64,000 bases of DNA from Octopus vulgaris (GCA_951406725.2 OX597819.1:124930001-124994000), one strand, 5' to 3'; shown: positions 49,561 through 61,735, counted from the first letter of the stretch. The notes: generated from the letters alone by a model not told the origin. Numbers and translations: made by a program.

Positions 49561-49969
49561 TGATATATTCTGATAGGAACGTAGTGGAGTACATGCATGT
49601 ACATATATATATATTTATATGCTTTTCGTGCTGGCATGGGTTGATCGGCTGGACTGAGGGCTGGCTAGCCAGAAGGCTGCACCAGGCTCCAATATATACA
49701 CCCTCCTATCATACACCTACACATATACAAACATATGCATATCCGTATAAATGAAGGGGGCGTGTGCATGAATGTCACACTTATGCACCGGACACAGTCT
49801 TACACTCATCTACATACACACATATACACATGCGCATACATATATACACACACAAATACACATTTACACATGTATGTGTGTATGCGGGAGCGTGAATGTA
49901 TGTCTGTATATATATGTATATTTATTTGTATAAATGTCTAAATATATATGTAATATGTTATGTGTATAC

Positions 49970-50332
49970 ATCGAAATCGAAATCGAATTGAACCAGCCAG
50001 GATCCCTGGTCTGGTGGTACGTAAAAAGCACTATCCGACTCGTGGCCGATGCCAGCACCGCCTCGACTGGCTTCCGTGCCGGTGGCACATAAAATACACC
50101 AATCTGACCGTGGCCGTTGCCAGCCCCGCCTGGCACCTGTGCAGGTGGCACGTAAAAAGCACCCACTACACTCACGGAGTGGTTGGCGTTAGGAAGGGCA
50201 TCCAGCTGTAGAAACATTGCCAGATTAGACTGGAGCCTGGTGCAGCCTTCTGGCTTCCCAGAACCCCGGTCGAACCGTCCAACCCATGCTAGCATGGAGA
50301 ACGGACGTTAAACGATGATGATGATGATGATG
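49970..50332 (+). mobile_element. RTE 3' fragment (family C)
   Basis: Near-identical to 63130-63485. Confidence 0.85.
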
Positions 50333-50448
50333 TAAACACCTATGTGTATATGAGGATGAGGTTGTGTATACATATATATATATATATATATGCCGGTGGG
50401 GGGAGAATTAACAAAAGACGAAGACAGGTGGTGTAGACAACAAACAGA

Positions 50449-50730
50449 ACATCATCTAACGTCCGTTTTCCATGCTAGCATGGGTTGGACGGTTCGACCG
50501 GGGTCTGGGAAGCCAGGAGGCTGCACCAGGCTCCAGTCTGATTTGGCAGTGTTTCTATGGCTGGACGCCCTTCCTAACGCCAACCACTCCGTGAGTATAG
50601 TGGGTGCTTTTTACGTGCCAGGGGAGGCTGGCAACGGCTATGAACGGTTGGTGCCTTTTAGGTGCCACCGGCATGGAAGCCAGTCAAGGCGGCACGGGCA
50701 TCGGCCATGTATAGATGATGCTTTTTACGT
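50449..50730 (-). mobile_element. RTE 3' fragment nested in a degraded minimal-HHR-family element (~50400-50930)
   Basis: Flanks GACAGGTGGTGTAGACAACAAACAGA / TATTAGTTTAATGCTCAGG match 40001-40107. Confidence 0.75.
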
Positions 50731-51489
50731 ATATTAGTTTAATGCTCAGGAAATGAAAAAGTCTTTAATGTTTTGAGCTTACGTTCCTCCAAAGAAAGAA
50801 ACAAGGAGAGAAAATAAAGAATGTGTAGTGACTAGCGATATATCATGGTGAATGTCAGACAGAAGGGTCACACAGGGGAGCTAGGAAGAAGGAGAGATAA
50901 TAAAGTACTAGTGATCCCAAAACCAAGGTGCACGTGCGTGTGTATAAAAGAGTATGTATGTACGTGTGGAAGAGGGCTGATGACCTTGATGTGTGCGTGT
51001 GTATGTGTAGGTGTGAAGATGTGGAGCTGGGAAGAGGTCAGTGCTAGTGTGTGCATGGTGGTGTGATGTGTTGTGCTGTATGGTGTAGTGGGGAAAACAA
51101 GGGTGGGGTATGTGGGAGTAGGCGTAAGGGATGGGATGGGATGGGGTAGGATGGGAAGGTGGGGTTGGAATGTGTAGGGGTGGGGTGTGGTTACAAGGGA
51201 GGGGTGACGATGAAGGGGAAGGAGAAGGTGGGTAGGTGTGAAGAGAAGAGAGAAGGAGAGTAGGAGTGAAGAGAAGTAGGAATATGGTTGTGTGTATTTT
51301 TTTAATCTCTTTTTCTTTTTCTATCTATTAGAATAACTTCCTTTTTATTCAATGGTTTTTCATAGCGTCTGTTGTCATTAATAGCTAATGAGGATGCATT
51401 AGCTCTTGTTCTGATATTTGAAACTCCCAACTACTATGATGACAACTTTTTACTGTTTTTTTTAAATTATAACAGAGAAAGAAAAATGT

Positions 51490-51702
51490 GAATTACAACT
51501 CTCTTTATTTGCAATGATCATTTCAACCCATCATGCACTGGTACCTATCAGTATATTGTTGTGCTTGTGACATTGCAAGTAAATCACCTGAGGTGACACA
51601 CCTACACCGTTGATGCACCAGAAATGTTTGTATAGCATCTCACCTACAAGGTACCAGTGTATGGTGGGTTGAAACAATCGTGAATAAAGAGAGTTGTAAT
51701 TT
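51490..51702. mobile_element. Short MITE-like foldback (~57-bp arms)
   Basis: AATTACAACTCTCTTTATT..TTTCAACCCA..CACTGGTACCT / AGGTACCAGTG..TGGGTTGAAA..AATAAAGAGAGTTGTAATT. Confidence 0.75.
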
Positions 51703-51968
51703 CTATTTTCTTTCTCATCTTAGATATAATAAAATGCAGTGTGTGACCCATTGGTTGCACTTGGAGGGAAATAAGAGTAAAACAACATACAGAGTGGGAG
51801 TGGACGACAATGGCAAATGCTAAAGCAAGTGACAACATTTAAAGGCTTGCTCCAATTAAAATAATTAATTAAAATAAACTCTGAATTTTTATCATAAATT
51901 GTTTTATCAATTTCTCTCTCTCTCTCTCACATACACATGTACACACTCAATAATATATACCAGTGAGA

Positions 51969-52368
51969 AGGCGGCGAGCTGGCAGAAACGTTAACACGCC
52001 TGGCGAAATGCGTAGCCGTATTTCATCTGCCGTTACGTTCTGAGTTCAAATTCCGCCGAGGTCGACTTTGCCTTTCATCCTTTCGGGGTCGATTAAATAA
52101 GTACCAGTTACGCACTGGGGTCAATGTAATCGACTTAATTCGTTTGTCCTCTCTATGTTTAGCCCCTTGTGGGCAGTAAAGAAATAGGTATTTCATCTGC
52201 CGCTACATTCTGAGTTCAAATTCCGCTGAGGTCGACTTTGCCTTTCATCCTTTCGGGGTCAATTAAATAAGTACCAATTACGCACTGGGGTCGATGTAAT
52301 TGACTTCCGTTTGTCTGTTCTTGTTTGTCCCCTCTGTGTTTAGCCCCTTGTGGGTAGTAAAGAAATAA
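51969..52368 (+). mobile_element. SINE B dimer with TSD AATATATACCAGTG
   Basis: Direct repeat on both flanks. Confidence 0.9.
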
Positions 52369-52922
52369 ATATATACCAGTGGGACCCGTGGAATTTCCAT
52401 GAACTGATTAATAGAATGTTGAGTAAATAATAAACTTTTTCTACATATATGTATGTATAAAAATAACACATTGAAGAAAGGAGTAATTGAAATCTCTACA
52501 TATATAATAGAATGAGATACATAGGCAGCAAATACTAAGATTGCATATATTTGTACAGTTCTGTTTACAAATACATAAAGTTTAGCTATTAATTCTACCC
52601 TTTTTTAACATACAATACTCATAGGCTGGGAAAATAAACAACACATAGAGATACTTGGGAGTGTCCACCATGTGTGCAAAGATTGCCAGTGCCAATCAGT
52701 CCGTGGTACTCCCCACTCCCAACATAGAGCCATGCCAGTTTTCTCCGATATGAATACAGAAAACAATAGACCTATATATGTACAAAACTATATAATGCAT
52801 GCCACACATAAATAGCTTCCTCTTTTGAAAGATATTAATTATATATATATATATATTTAAGTAGGTGAATGAATTATCCTATGTTTATCGTCAGCATGGA
52901 AAATTCGAGAGAGGCTCCCTTT

Positions 52923-53004
52923 CTTTCCTGATGAGAAGATTGCATAATGCACCCTTTATTCCTTTGGAATGAAAATATGCTGTTTACGAAACATGTGTCG
53001 AGAG
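52923..53004 (+). ncRNA. Type I hammerhead ribozyme, family 2 (in a ~200-bp element, 52858-53054, between (TA)n tracts)
   Basis: Helix I CTTTC/GAGAG; CTGATGA(52928-34); long helix II including GCATA/TATGC; GAAA(52988-91); C-ATGT-GTC; cut after 52999. Confidence 0.7.
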
Positions 53005-53051
53005 TAAAGGAATTTTGTTAACATCTTTGTTCGACTCCATTCTTTCATTTA

Positions 53052-53082
<31 letters not shown>

Positions 53083-53089
53083 TCCAAGA

Positions 53090-53552
53090 AAGTTAGAGGT
53101 TGTGAATCCAACCAACTATGGGATAATATCTATTAACAGTGGCAAGATGGGTGAAACTGAATGAATCAACTCTGATTATACTTTTCTAAGCAGGAGGAAA
53201 GAAACTAGAAGAGGGCCCTTTCCTATGCCACGGGGATGGCAAAGTAATCTGGGACTTTTGCATGGGGTTTATCCCAGATTACCCTAAGTGGACTGCCCCA
53301 CTATTGGGGATTCTAATTATTTATTTATTATTTCTTTCTCTAATTTCTATTATACATCTCTGTTGTATCCTTGAATGCGGTAGTAGCTCCTTTTGATCAA
53401 TGTGAGCTCCACCTGTTTTTGTTTTCGTTCTTTTTTTATGTGTTGTAACCCATCTTTCAATATTGTCCTCCATCTCTTGGGCCCTTGTGGTCAATAAAAG
53501 AAATCATTGTCATCATCATCATTATTATTATCATTATTATTATTATTATTAT
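53090..53552 (+). mobile_element. L1/Tx1-like LINE 3' end
   Basis: Ends GCCCTTGTGGTCAATAAAAGAAA + (ATC/ATT)n. Confidence 0.5.
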
Positions 53553-53884
53553 TCAGTAGTCTGAATGTTTTTTTTATCATACCTAATGCGCCTATTATAA
53601 TAGGAATTGTTTCTGTTTTTAGGCTCCACATTTGACTTCCTCCATTTCTTTAAAAGAAACATTGTCATCTGTTGGTATTGGTACATCGTTATTATTATTA
53701 TTCACTAGTATTATTATTTTCATCATGTGCTTTCACTGCACTACTGAGTGCCGTGGATATGTGCTGTGGTTGGTTGTGATGCTCTTATTTTTACTGTATT
53801 GAAAGTGTTTTATGTAGGATGTGTGTGGTGCCTGGTAGTGCTATTTTCTGTATGTTATTATATGTTAGTCCTGGTGTTAGTCTT

Positions 53885-54372
53885 CGTTTAACGTCCGCTT
53901 TCCATGCTAGCATGGGTTGGATGGTTCGACTGGGGTCTGGGAAGCCAGAAGGCTGCACCAGGCTCCAATTTGATCTGGCAGTGTTTCTACAGCTGGATGC
54001 CCTTCCTAACACCAACCACTACGTGAGTGTAGTGAGTGCTTTTTACGTGCCACTGGCACAGCTGCCAGGCGAGGTTGGCAACAGCCACGATCGGTTGGTG
54101 CTTTTTACGTGCCACCGGCACGGAAGCCAGTCAAGGTGGCGCTGGCATCGGCCACGTTCGGATGGTGCTTTTTATGTGCCACCGGCACTGGGATCCCAAC
54201 TACAATTTCCATTGATTTTTGATGTTGATGTACTTGACTCAATAGGTCTCCTCAAGTACAGGGTCGAAACAGTGTTTCTTTACTTTCCACCTGCACAGGA
54301 GTTAGTCCAGCAGCACTGGCATCGCCCAGGTGCCAGTCATAGGATTTGGTTCAATTTCGATTTTGATTTCAC
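53885..54372 (-). mobile_element. RTE 3' fragment nested in the R4/Dong element
   Basis: Family C consensus. Confidence 0.85.
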
Positions 54373-54822
54373 TGTCTAAATATATTTTTATCATACCTAA
54401 TGTGCCTTCTATGATACGAAGTGTTTCTGTTTTTAGACTCCTCATTCAAATTAACTCTAATTCCAGTTCCTTGTATTTTGAAAGTTTCTCTGTATCTTTT
54501 AGAGAAACATTGTCATCTGTTGGTATTGATACATTGATTAGAAAGCATTTTTTTTTTTCTTGGTGATCTCTAACAACTATATCCGGTCAATTGGCCTTAA
54601 TTTCCTAATCTGTGTGTATCGGCATATCCCAGAGTATCGTTGCTTTCTCATTTTCTGTAACCTTTTCTGCCGTGTACTTATACCATCTTTTTCCGGTTGT
54701 TATTCCATAGTGTTGGTATAGCTTCCAGTGTATATAGGTCCAAACTCTGTCATGTCTGTGAATATATTCCTTCTTAGCCAGGACTGGGCAGCCAGAGACA
54801 ATGTGAGTTATTGTTTTTTCTC

Positions 54823-55205
54823 CATCATCATCATCATCGTTTAACGTCCGTTCTCCATGCTAGCATGGGTTGGACGGTTCGACCGGGGATCTGGGAAGCC
54901 AGAAGGCTGCACCAGGCTCCAGTCTTATCTGGCAATGTTTCTACAGCTGGATGCCATTCCTAACGCCAACCACCCCATGAGTGTAGTGGGTGCTTTTTAC
55001 GTGCCACCTGCACTGGTGCCAGGCGAGGCTGGCATCGGCCACGGTTGGATTGGTGCATTTTACGTGCCACCGACACGGAAGCCAGTCGAGGCGGCACTGG
55101 CTTCGGCCACGATTCGGATGGTGCTTTTAACGTATCTCCAGTCCAGGGGTCCTGGCATCTGCCGGGTGCCAGTCATAGGATTGGTTCAATTTCAATTCCG
55201 ATTTT
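54823..55205 (-). mobile_element. RTE 3' fragment nested in the R4/Dong element
   Basis: Family C consensus. Confidence 0.85.
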
Positions 55206-56664
55206 GTATTTCTTTTCATTACATGTTTTTGGTAATTTCTGGTGGGAAGGTTTTTATCTTGTGCTGCAATTAAAAATCCTTCTGTCTCTGCTTTGAGTTT
55301 CTCTGCTATTGTTGGGATTTTGCTTTGTCTATTTCTTTTCTGTTTAACTTAACCCATTATTTGCCATGAAAGGGCTTTTCTTGCCATCATTTTATTATAA
55401 TCCGTTGCCATTCCAGTTTTAGCTTGGATTTCAGTTGTTTTCCAGCTTTTGTCATTTCTTCTTTTTCTTCATAGTTGTTAGATTCAATGACTTCCTTTTT
55501 GTCAGCTTCTTAAAGTCTGAAAACAGTTTTTGGTTTTGTTCGTGTTTTGTGGCTATTTTGTATTAATTTTCCTTGCTTCTAAAGTAGGTATTTCTGTAGT
55601 CCTATGGTGGTTATTTTGTAATAATTTTCTAGCTGCATAAGGCCTCTCCTACCTTCAATATGTTGTATATATAATCTTTCTATGTTAGATCTCGGATGGT
55701 TCATCCTAAATCCTGTCATTATTTTTCTTGTTTTCCTGTCTATTTTCCTTAGTTCGTTTAGAGTCCAGTTAAGAATATTGTAGCTGTAATTTATAACTGG
55801 GACAGCTAGAATGTTGATACTTATTATCTTATTTTTTTCACATTGAGCGCAGTTTTCAGTATTAATCTAACTCATCTAAAGTATTCTTTTCTTATCTTCT
55901 CTTTCATTTGTGTGTGTTGTATCGTATCTAGTTCATTGATTCCTAGGTATTTGTATGTCTAGCTTTGGTCTAATTCTCTTATTTCATTTACTTCATCTAG
56001 TGTGATGTTTTCCTCTTTTCAAGGTTGCTTTGGCACATTTTTCTAAGCCAAAATTCATGTTTATTTCTTTGGTAATTCATGTACTGTCTGTAGTAATGTT
56101 TCCAGTTGTTTATCATTTGTAGTGTACAGTTTTAGATCATCCATACATAATATTTGTATCCACATCCAGTTCTGTTTAGCATGTCAGATAAGGGTGTCCA
56201 GTGCCATGCAGGAAAAGAGTGGAGAGAGCATGTCTCTCTGGAATATTCCTCTTCTAATGGGGATGGCTTTGGTTTTTATGAGTCCCTCTTTTGTTTGGGG
56301 GTGTAGAACTGTCTGCCATTTATTCATGGAATGTTTTATATATTTTATGATTATTAGTGCTACCTTGTTCATGGCTAGTGTTTCTTGGATACATGTGTGG
56401 GGAATATTGTCAAAAGCCTTTCGATAGTCAATCCAAGCCATACTTAGATCCTTCTTTCTGTGGCTGTCTTCAGTTATGGCTTTATTGTATGAGCCCTTGC
56501 AGCATCCTTTCTGCTCTTCTGGAAGCAGGTTGTTTTCTTTCAAATGTTTGCTCATTTTCTGCAATATTATTGCAGTAAGGGCTTTGTAAATTGTTGGGAG
56601 ACAAGTTATTGGTCTGTAATTTTGTGGGTTTACCATTTATTATTATAATAATAATATATATATA

Positions 56665-56875
56665 GTTAATCCAAACATGAAAACACAAAGAGAAAACACA
56701 ACAACGCGAGGACGTGGGACAAATATAGTGTTATTGGATGCTCAGGAAAGGAAAGAAAGAAGGAGGATTTAATGTTTCGAGCGGAGCTCTTTGTCAGAAA
56801 CAGGAAAAGGAAAGATCCAAGAACGGAAGATGGAGGAAAAAAATATCGCCGACGATACACACGCGGTTGGCGGTG
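56665..56875 (-). mobile_element. PLE-type remnant with a degenerate minimal hammerhead (56768-56800)
   Basis: Minus strand TTT-CTGACAA-A-GAGC-TCC-GCTC-GAAA-C-ATT-AAA. Confidence 0.5.
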
Positions 56876-56914
56876 TAGGTTATATAGTCTAGTCATCCAT
56901 ATAGTCAACAAGTG

Positions 56915-57508
56915 GAGGAAACCTGTGGAAGAGGTAGACCCAGGAAGACATGGGATGAAGTGGTGAAGCATAACCTCTGAATGCCTCACAGAGGCAATGA
57001 GAAGCAACCAAGACCTTTGGAGATATGCTGTACTTGGGAAGATCTGGCAAGCCGAGTGTGATTGTAGCCATGGCCGATGCCAGTGTCACATAAATGGCCC
57101 GTTTAAAAGTACCCTTCAATCGTCCAGCAATATGCCGTGCTTGAGAAGACCTGTTGAGTAAAGTAAAATCATAGTTGTGGCTGATGCCAGTGCCACCTGA
57201 CTGACACTTGTGCCGCTGGCACATAAAAAGCACCATTCGTGTGTGAATGATGCCAGTGCTGGTGGCATGTAAGTAGCGCCATTTAATTGTGATCAATGCC
57301 AGTGCGACCTGACTGACCCCCGTGCTGGTGGCATGTAAAAAGCACCCGCTACACTCTTGAAGTGGTTGGCATTAGGAAGGACACCCAGCTGTAGAAACTC
57401 TGCCAAATCAGATTGATGCCTGGTGCAGCCTCTTGGCTTGCCAGTCCTTAGTCAAACCATCCAACCCATGCCAGCATGGAAAGCGGACACTAAATAATGA
57501 TGATGATG
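56915..57508 (+). mobile_element. RTE 3' fragment with ORF C-terminus
   Basis: TCGRGRPRKTWDEVVKHNL plus family C UTR and (GAT)n tail. Confidence 0.85.
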
Positions 57509-57816
57509 TCCCACCAGACACATTTCCTAATTAACAGAGATGTCTGAGTTCTTTAAAACATTTCAGATGTCAGTCATTTAATCTTGGCCACAGTCTGCTG
57601 CTCCATCACAGAGGTAAGCTGAAAAACATACCTGGCAAATGGCAGAGGGCGTCTGGCTACCCTACTCATGTCAGTCCCTGTTTATTTGGAGTTATGGACT
57701 TGCTCTTCCAACTTGTCTGGGTTCAGTTTTGCTCCTATTAATATGCATTCAGTTTCCAGAAATGTCAGTTGACCTAAGCAGTATGCATAGACAGAAACTA
57801 TTCAAGAATTCTATTC

Positions 57817-58260
57817 AGGTGCAGGAGTGGCTGTGTGGTAAGTAGCATACTTACCAACCACATGGTTCTGGGTTCAGTCCCACTGCATGGCATCTTGGGC
57901 AAGTGTCTTCTGCTATAGCCTCTGAGTGACCAAAGCCTTGTGAGTGGATTTGGTCGACGGAAACTGAAAGAAGCCCGTCGTATATATGTATATATATTTC
58001 TTTACTACCCACAAGGGGCTAAACACAGAGGGGACAAACAAGGACAGACAAAGGGATTAAGTCGATTACATCGACCCCAGTGCGTAACTGGTACTTAATT
58101 TATCGACCCCGAAAGGATGAAAGGCGAAGTCGACCTCGGCGGAATTCGAACCCGGAACGTAACGACAGACGAAATACGGCTATGCATTTCGCCCGGCGTG
58201 CTAACGTTTCTGCCAGTTCGACGCCTTTTCCAGTTCGACGCCTTTATATATGTATATATG

Positions 58261-58296
<36 letters not shown>

Positions 58297-58508
58297 CTTG
58301 TGTGTCTGTGTTTGTCCCCCCAACATCGCTTGACAACTGATGCTAGTGTGTTTACTTCCCCCATAACTTAGCGGTTCGGCAAAAGAGACCGATAGAATAA
58401 GTACTAGGCTTACAAAGAATAAGTCCTGGGGGTCGATTTCCTTGACTAAAGGTGGTGCTCCAGCATGGCCACAGTCAAATGACTGAAACAAGTAATAGAG
58501 TAATAGAG
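57817..58508 (+). mobile_element. SINE A with a nested SINE B monomer (57996-58226, minus)
   Basis: Family B reverse complement inside the TA tract of family A. Confidence 0.9.
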
Positions 58509-60116
58509 GTTGATTGTACAAATTCCAAATTTGTGGCCTGTGTAGTTGGTTGGTTGAAACTGTGAGCACCCTTATACTCTCTGTATCTATTGACCCAACA
58601 AATATGCTATCAAGATCTTGATGGTCTTACGCAGTTACTCCATGTTCACACTGGTATATTTAAGAAATCCAGTTGATACCTGTTACTTGGAAGTGTCTGA
58701 GCAAGTTTGGAAGACTTTTGCACCTCACCTTCCCTATCACATCACCTCACACAACACTAGAATATATTTAAGATTCTAGTTCTTACTCTTATAAAAGGTA
58801 CCACAAGATATCCAAACACCTTGCCTCTGTTGGGGCTTAGACAGCCACAATCGGAAGGCATCACTTTCAAAAGAGAATTTCATTCACACACACACACATC
58901 TTAGAATTATTTTGATTTTTTTCTCTTTTTCTTTCGCTTGTCTTTTTTTTTTGGTTTTTTTTTTCAACTTCCCTGTTGTTAAGTAACCTTGAGACGATTT
59001 TGGTCAGCAGAGTGAATCAAAAATTAAATAAAGCAAATTATGAAATCTCTCCTCTGAGAATCACTCAATAATGGGGAAAAGAAAAAGAAAAAGAAAAAGA
59101 AGGTGAGAAAGAGAAAGTGAGGTTTGTTAGTAGTGAAGGCTATAAAGCCATTGATTTAGTCTTGTGTTGGCATTGGGGAGGAGGTAAGCTTCCTTCTTTG
59201 GAGAATCCTGCATAACTCCCACTGCCACACTTGACTGGAGAAAGGGAGACGACAGTTTTCCCTTAGAAATGGAGCATCTGCCTCCTTTTTTTTTTTTTTT
59301 TTTATTCTCCTTTTCTTCTCCATCTTCTTTGGCTGCTGTTGCTTCTGCCGCTGCTGCTGGCATCACCATTACCAATAACTGTCACTGCTGCTGTGTCTGC
59401 TGCTGCTGCTGCTGCTGCTGCCATTCCCACCACAACAACTAGCAGCAGTATTGCAGCTAGTAGTCATTCTTGTAGCTTGTTGCAAATATCTTTTTCGGCA
59501 TCCAAGAACCTATTTATCCCCATATTTGCCACTGCTGCACTCCTTCGGCACAATTTACAAATCAGAGAACAATTTTTTTTGTCGTCTTCCAAAAAATATT
59601 TGATGGCAGAGAAAAATCATGCACAAAAAACCGAAAATACTAAAATTACCACACTTGAAAGAATTCACAGCAAGCACTAATTACAAGTTGGATGAAAATT
59701 AGGGGATTTTTCGACTGCTTCCTTGTGGAAGGTAACTGTTGGTGTCAGCTGTTTGTTGTGGTTAATGTGTCCGTAGACAGTAAAATATAGTTCTGCTACT
59801 GTCCTTTCGTCTTCCTCTGAATTTTCTGTCAGTTTCGCTTTTGTTAAATACACTTGTCGAATACTTTTCCATCTTTTCATTCATTCTACAGCATTTTGAA
59901 AATTTAGCCGCATACTACAGATGTACACTTGATGCATGCATTCATGTGTGTGAGTGTGTTTTTGTGCGTGCGTGTGTGTGCGTGTGTGCGCGTGCAAACG
60001 TATGATAGACAAATTATATATGGTTCCTGCCTCCACCCCACATATAAAACAAATATGATTTTATTTCTTGTAAATTGTCAAATTTGCTAAATGCATTTCA
60101 AATACATGTGGTTGGT

Positions 60117-60150
<34 letters not shown>

Positions 60151-60243
60151 GATAGATTGAGAGAGAAAGATTTATTTGTACACGTACATGTACAAATGCA
60201 TACACATGCAGATATTCTGAATTGTGTGTATGTGTATGTATGC

Positions 60244-60288
<45 letters not shown>

Positions 60289-60300
<12 letters not shown>

Positions 60301-60333
60301 AATGAAATTATTGTATACAGTGCTCAGGTGCAT
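60289..60333 (-). mobile_element. CR1-like extreme 3' tip
   Basis: (AAT)n GAAATTATTGTATACAGTGCTCAGGTGCA matches 30505-30548. Confidence 0.7.
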
Positions 60334-60848
60334 ACATATATATATGTATATATATATATGTATGTATACACTCACACACTTTTATGTATATGTATATATA
60401 CATGTTTGTATGTATGTATGTATATATATATATATGTATACACAAACACACTTTTATGTATATGTATATATACATGTTTGTATGTATGTATGCATATATA
60501 TATGTATGCATATATATATGTATGCATATATATATGTATGTATATATGTATGTATGTATGTATGTATATATATATATGTATGTATATATATATATGTATA
60601 TATATATATATGTATGTATATATATATATGTATGTATATATATATATGTATGTATATATATATATGTATGTGTATATATATATATGTATGTGTATATATA
60701 TATATGTATATATATATATGTATGTGTATATATATATATGTATGTGTATATATATATATATGTGTGTATATATATATATGTATGTATATATATATATGTA
60801 TGTATATATGTATGTATGTATATATGTATGTATATATATATATATATG

Positions 60849-60880
<32 letters not shown>

Positions 60881-60926
60881 TGTATGTATATATATATGTA
60901 TGTATATATATATGTATGTATGTATG

Positions 60927-60960
<34 letters not shown>

Positions 60961-61113
60961 TATATATATATGTATGTATATATGTATGTGTATGTATGTA
61001 TATATATATATGTATGTATATATGTATGTGTATGTATGTATATATATATATGTATGTATATATATATATGTATGTATATATATATATGTATGTATATATA
61101 TATATGTATGTAT

Positions 61114-61179
<66 letters not shown>

Positions 61180-61203
61180 GTATATATATATATGTATGTA
61201 TGT

Positions 61204-61237
<34 letters not shown>

Positions 61238-61446
61238 GTATATATATATATATGTATGTATGTATATATATATATGTATATATGTATATGTATGTATGTA
61301 TATATATATATGTATGTATGTATATATATGTATGTATATATGTATGTATGTATATATATGTATGTATATATGTATGTATATATATATATGTATGTATATA
61401 TATATATGTATGTATATATATATGTATGTATATATATATGTATGTA

Positions 61447-61482
<36 letters not shown>

Positions 61483-61625
61483 TGTATGTATGTATGTATA
61501 TATATATGTATACACACACACTTATGTATATGTATATATACGTGTGTATGTATGTATATATACACACACACACGCACTTTTATGTATATGTATATATACA
61601 TGTATGTATGTATATATATATATAT
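60334..61625. repeat. ~1.3-kb compound (TA)n/(TATG)n microsatellite
   Basis: Direct inspection; source of the six long Y/I/C/M/V/H/T ORFs. Confidence 0.98.
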
Positions 61626-61626
61626 G

Positions 61627-61676
61627 ATTGATTCTAGTTTCAGCTTATGAGCTGTGGCCATGCTGGGGCACCGCCA
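61627..61676 (-). mobile_element. Short LINE-like 3' tip sharing the SINE A tail
   Basis: Minus strand GGCGGTGCCCCAGCATGGCCACAGCTC..GCTGAAACTAG(AATC)n. Confidence 0.6.
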
Positions 61677-61735
61677 TTTTTATATATATATATATATAAA
61701 TGGAGTTAAATGCATGTGTTATTCAAATTCTTTTA

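Larger units (their letters stand above)
53715..56636 (-). mobile_element. Decayed R4/Dong-clade non-LTR retrotransposon (RT + restriction-like endonuclease), 5'-truncated; short duplicate fragment at ~53555-53690
   Basis: NYRPITCLPTIYK, EQKGC, WIDYRKAFD, GIFQ.D.LSP, MDDLKL, YKYLG, HIVSGCPVLA..Y..RHD, PDIVV, IQKIAL.GT.HIL; (TAA)n at both ends. Confidence 0.85.

Noticed and set aside
59339-59680. Poly-Ala signal-peptide-like ORF as a real CDS
   Set aside because: Low-complexity, non-ATG start and no recognisable domain; kept only as part of the TE-free island.
60091-61661. 355-519 aa ORFs
   Set aside because: Microsatellite translation; alternating TA/TG cannot form stop codons.
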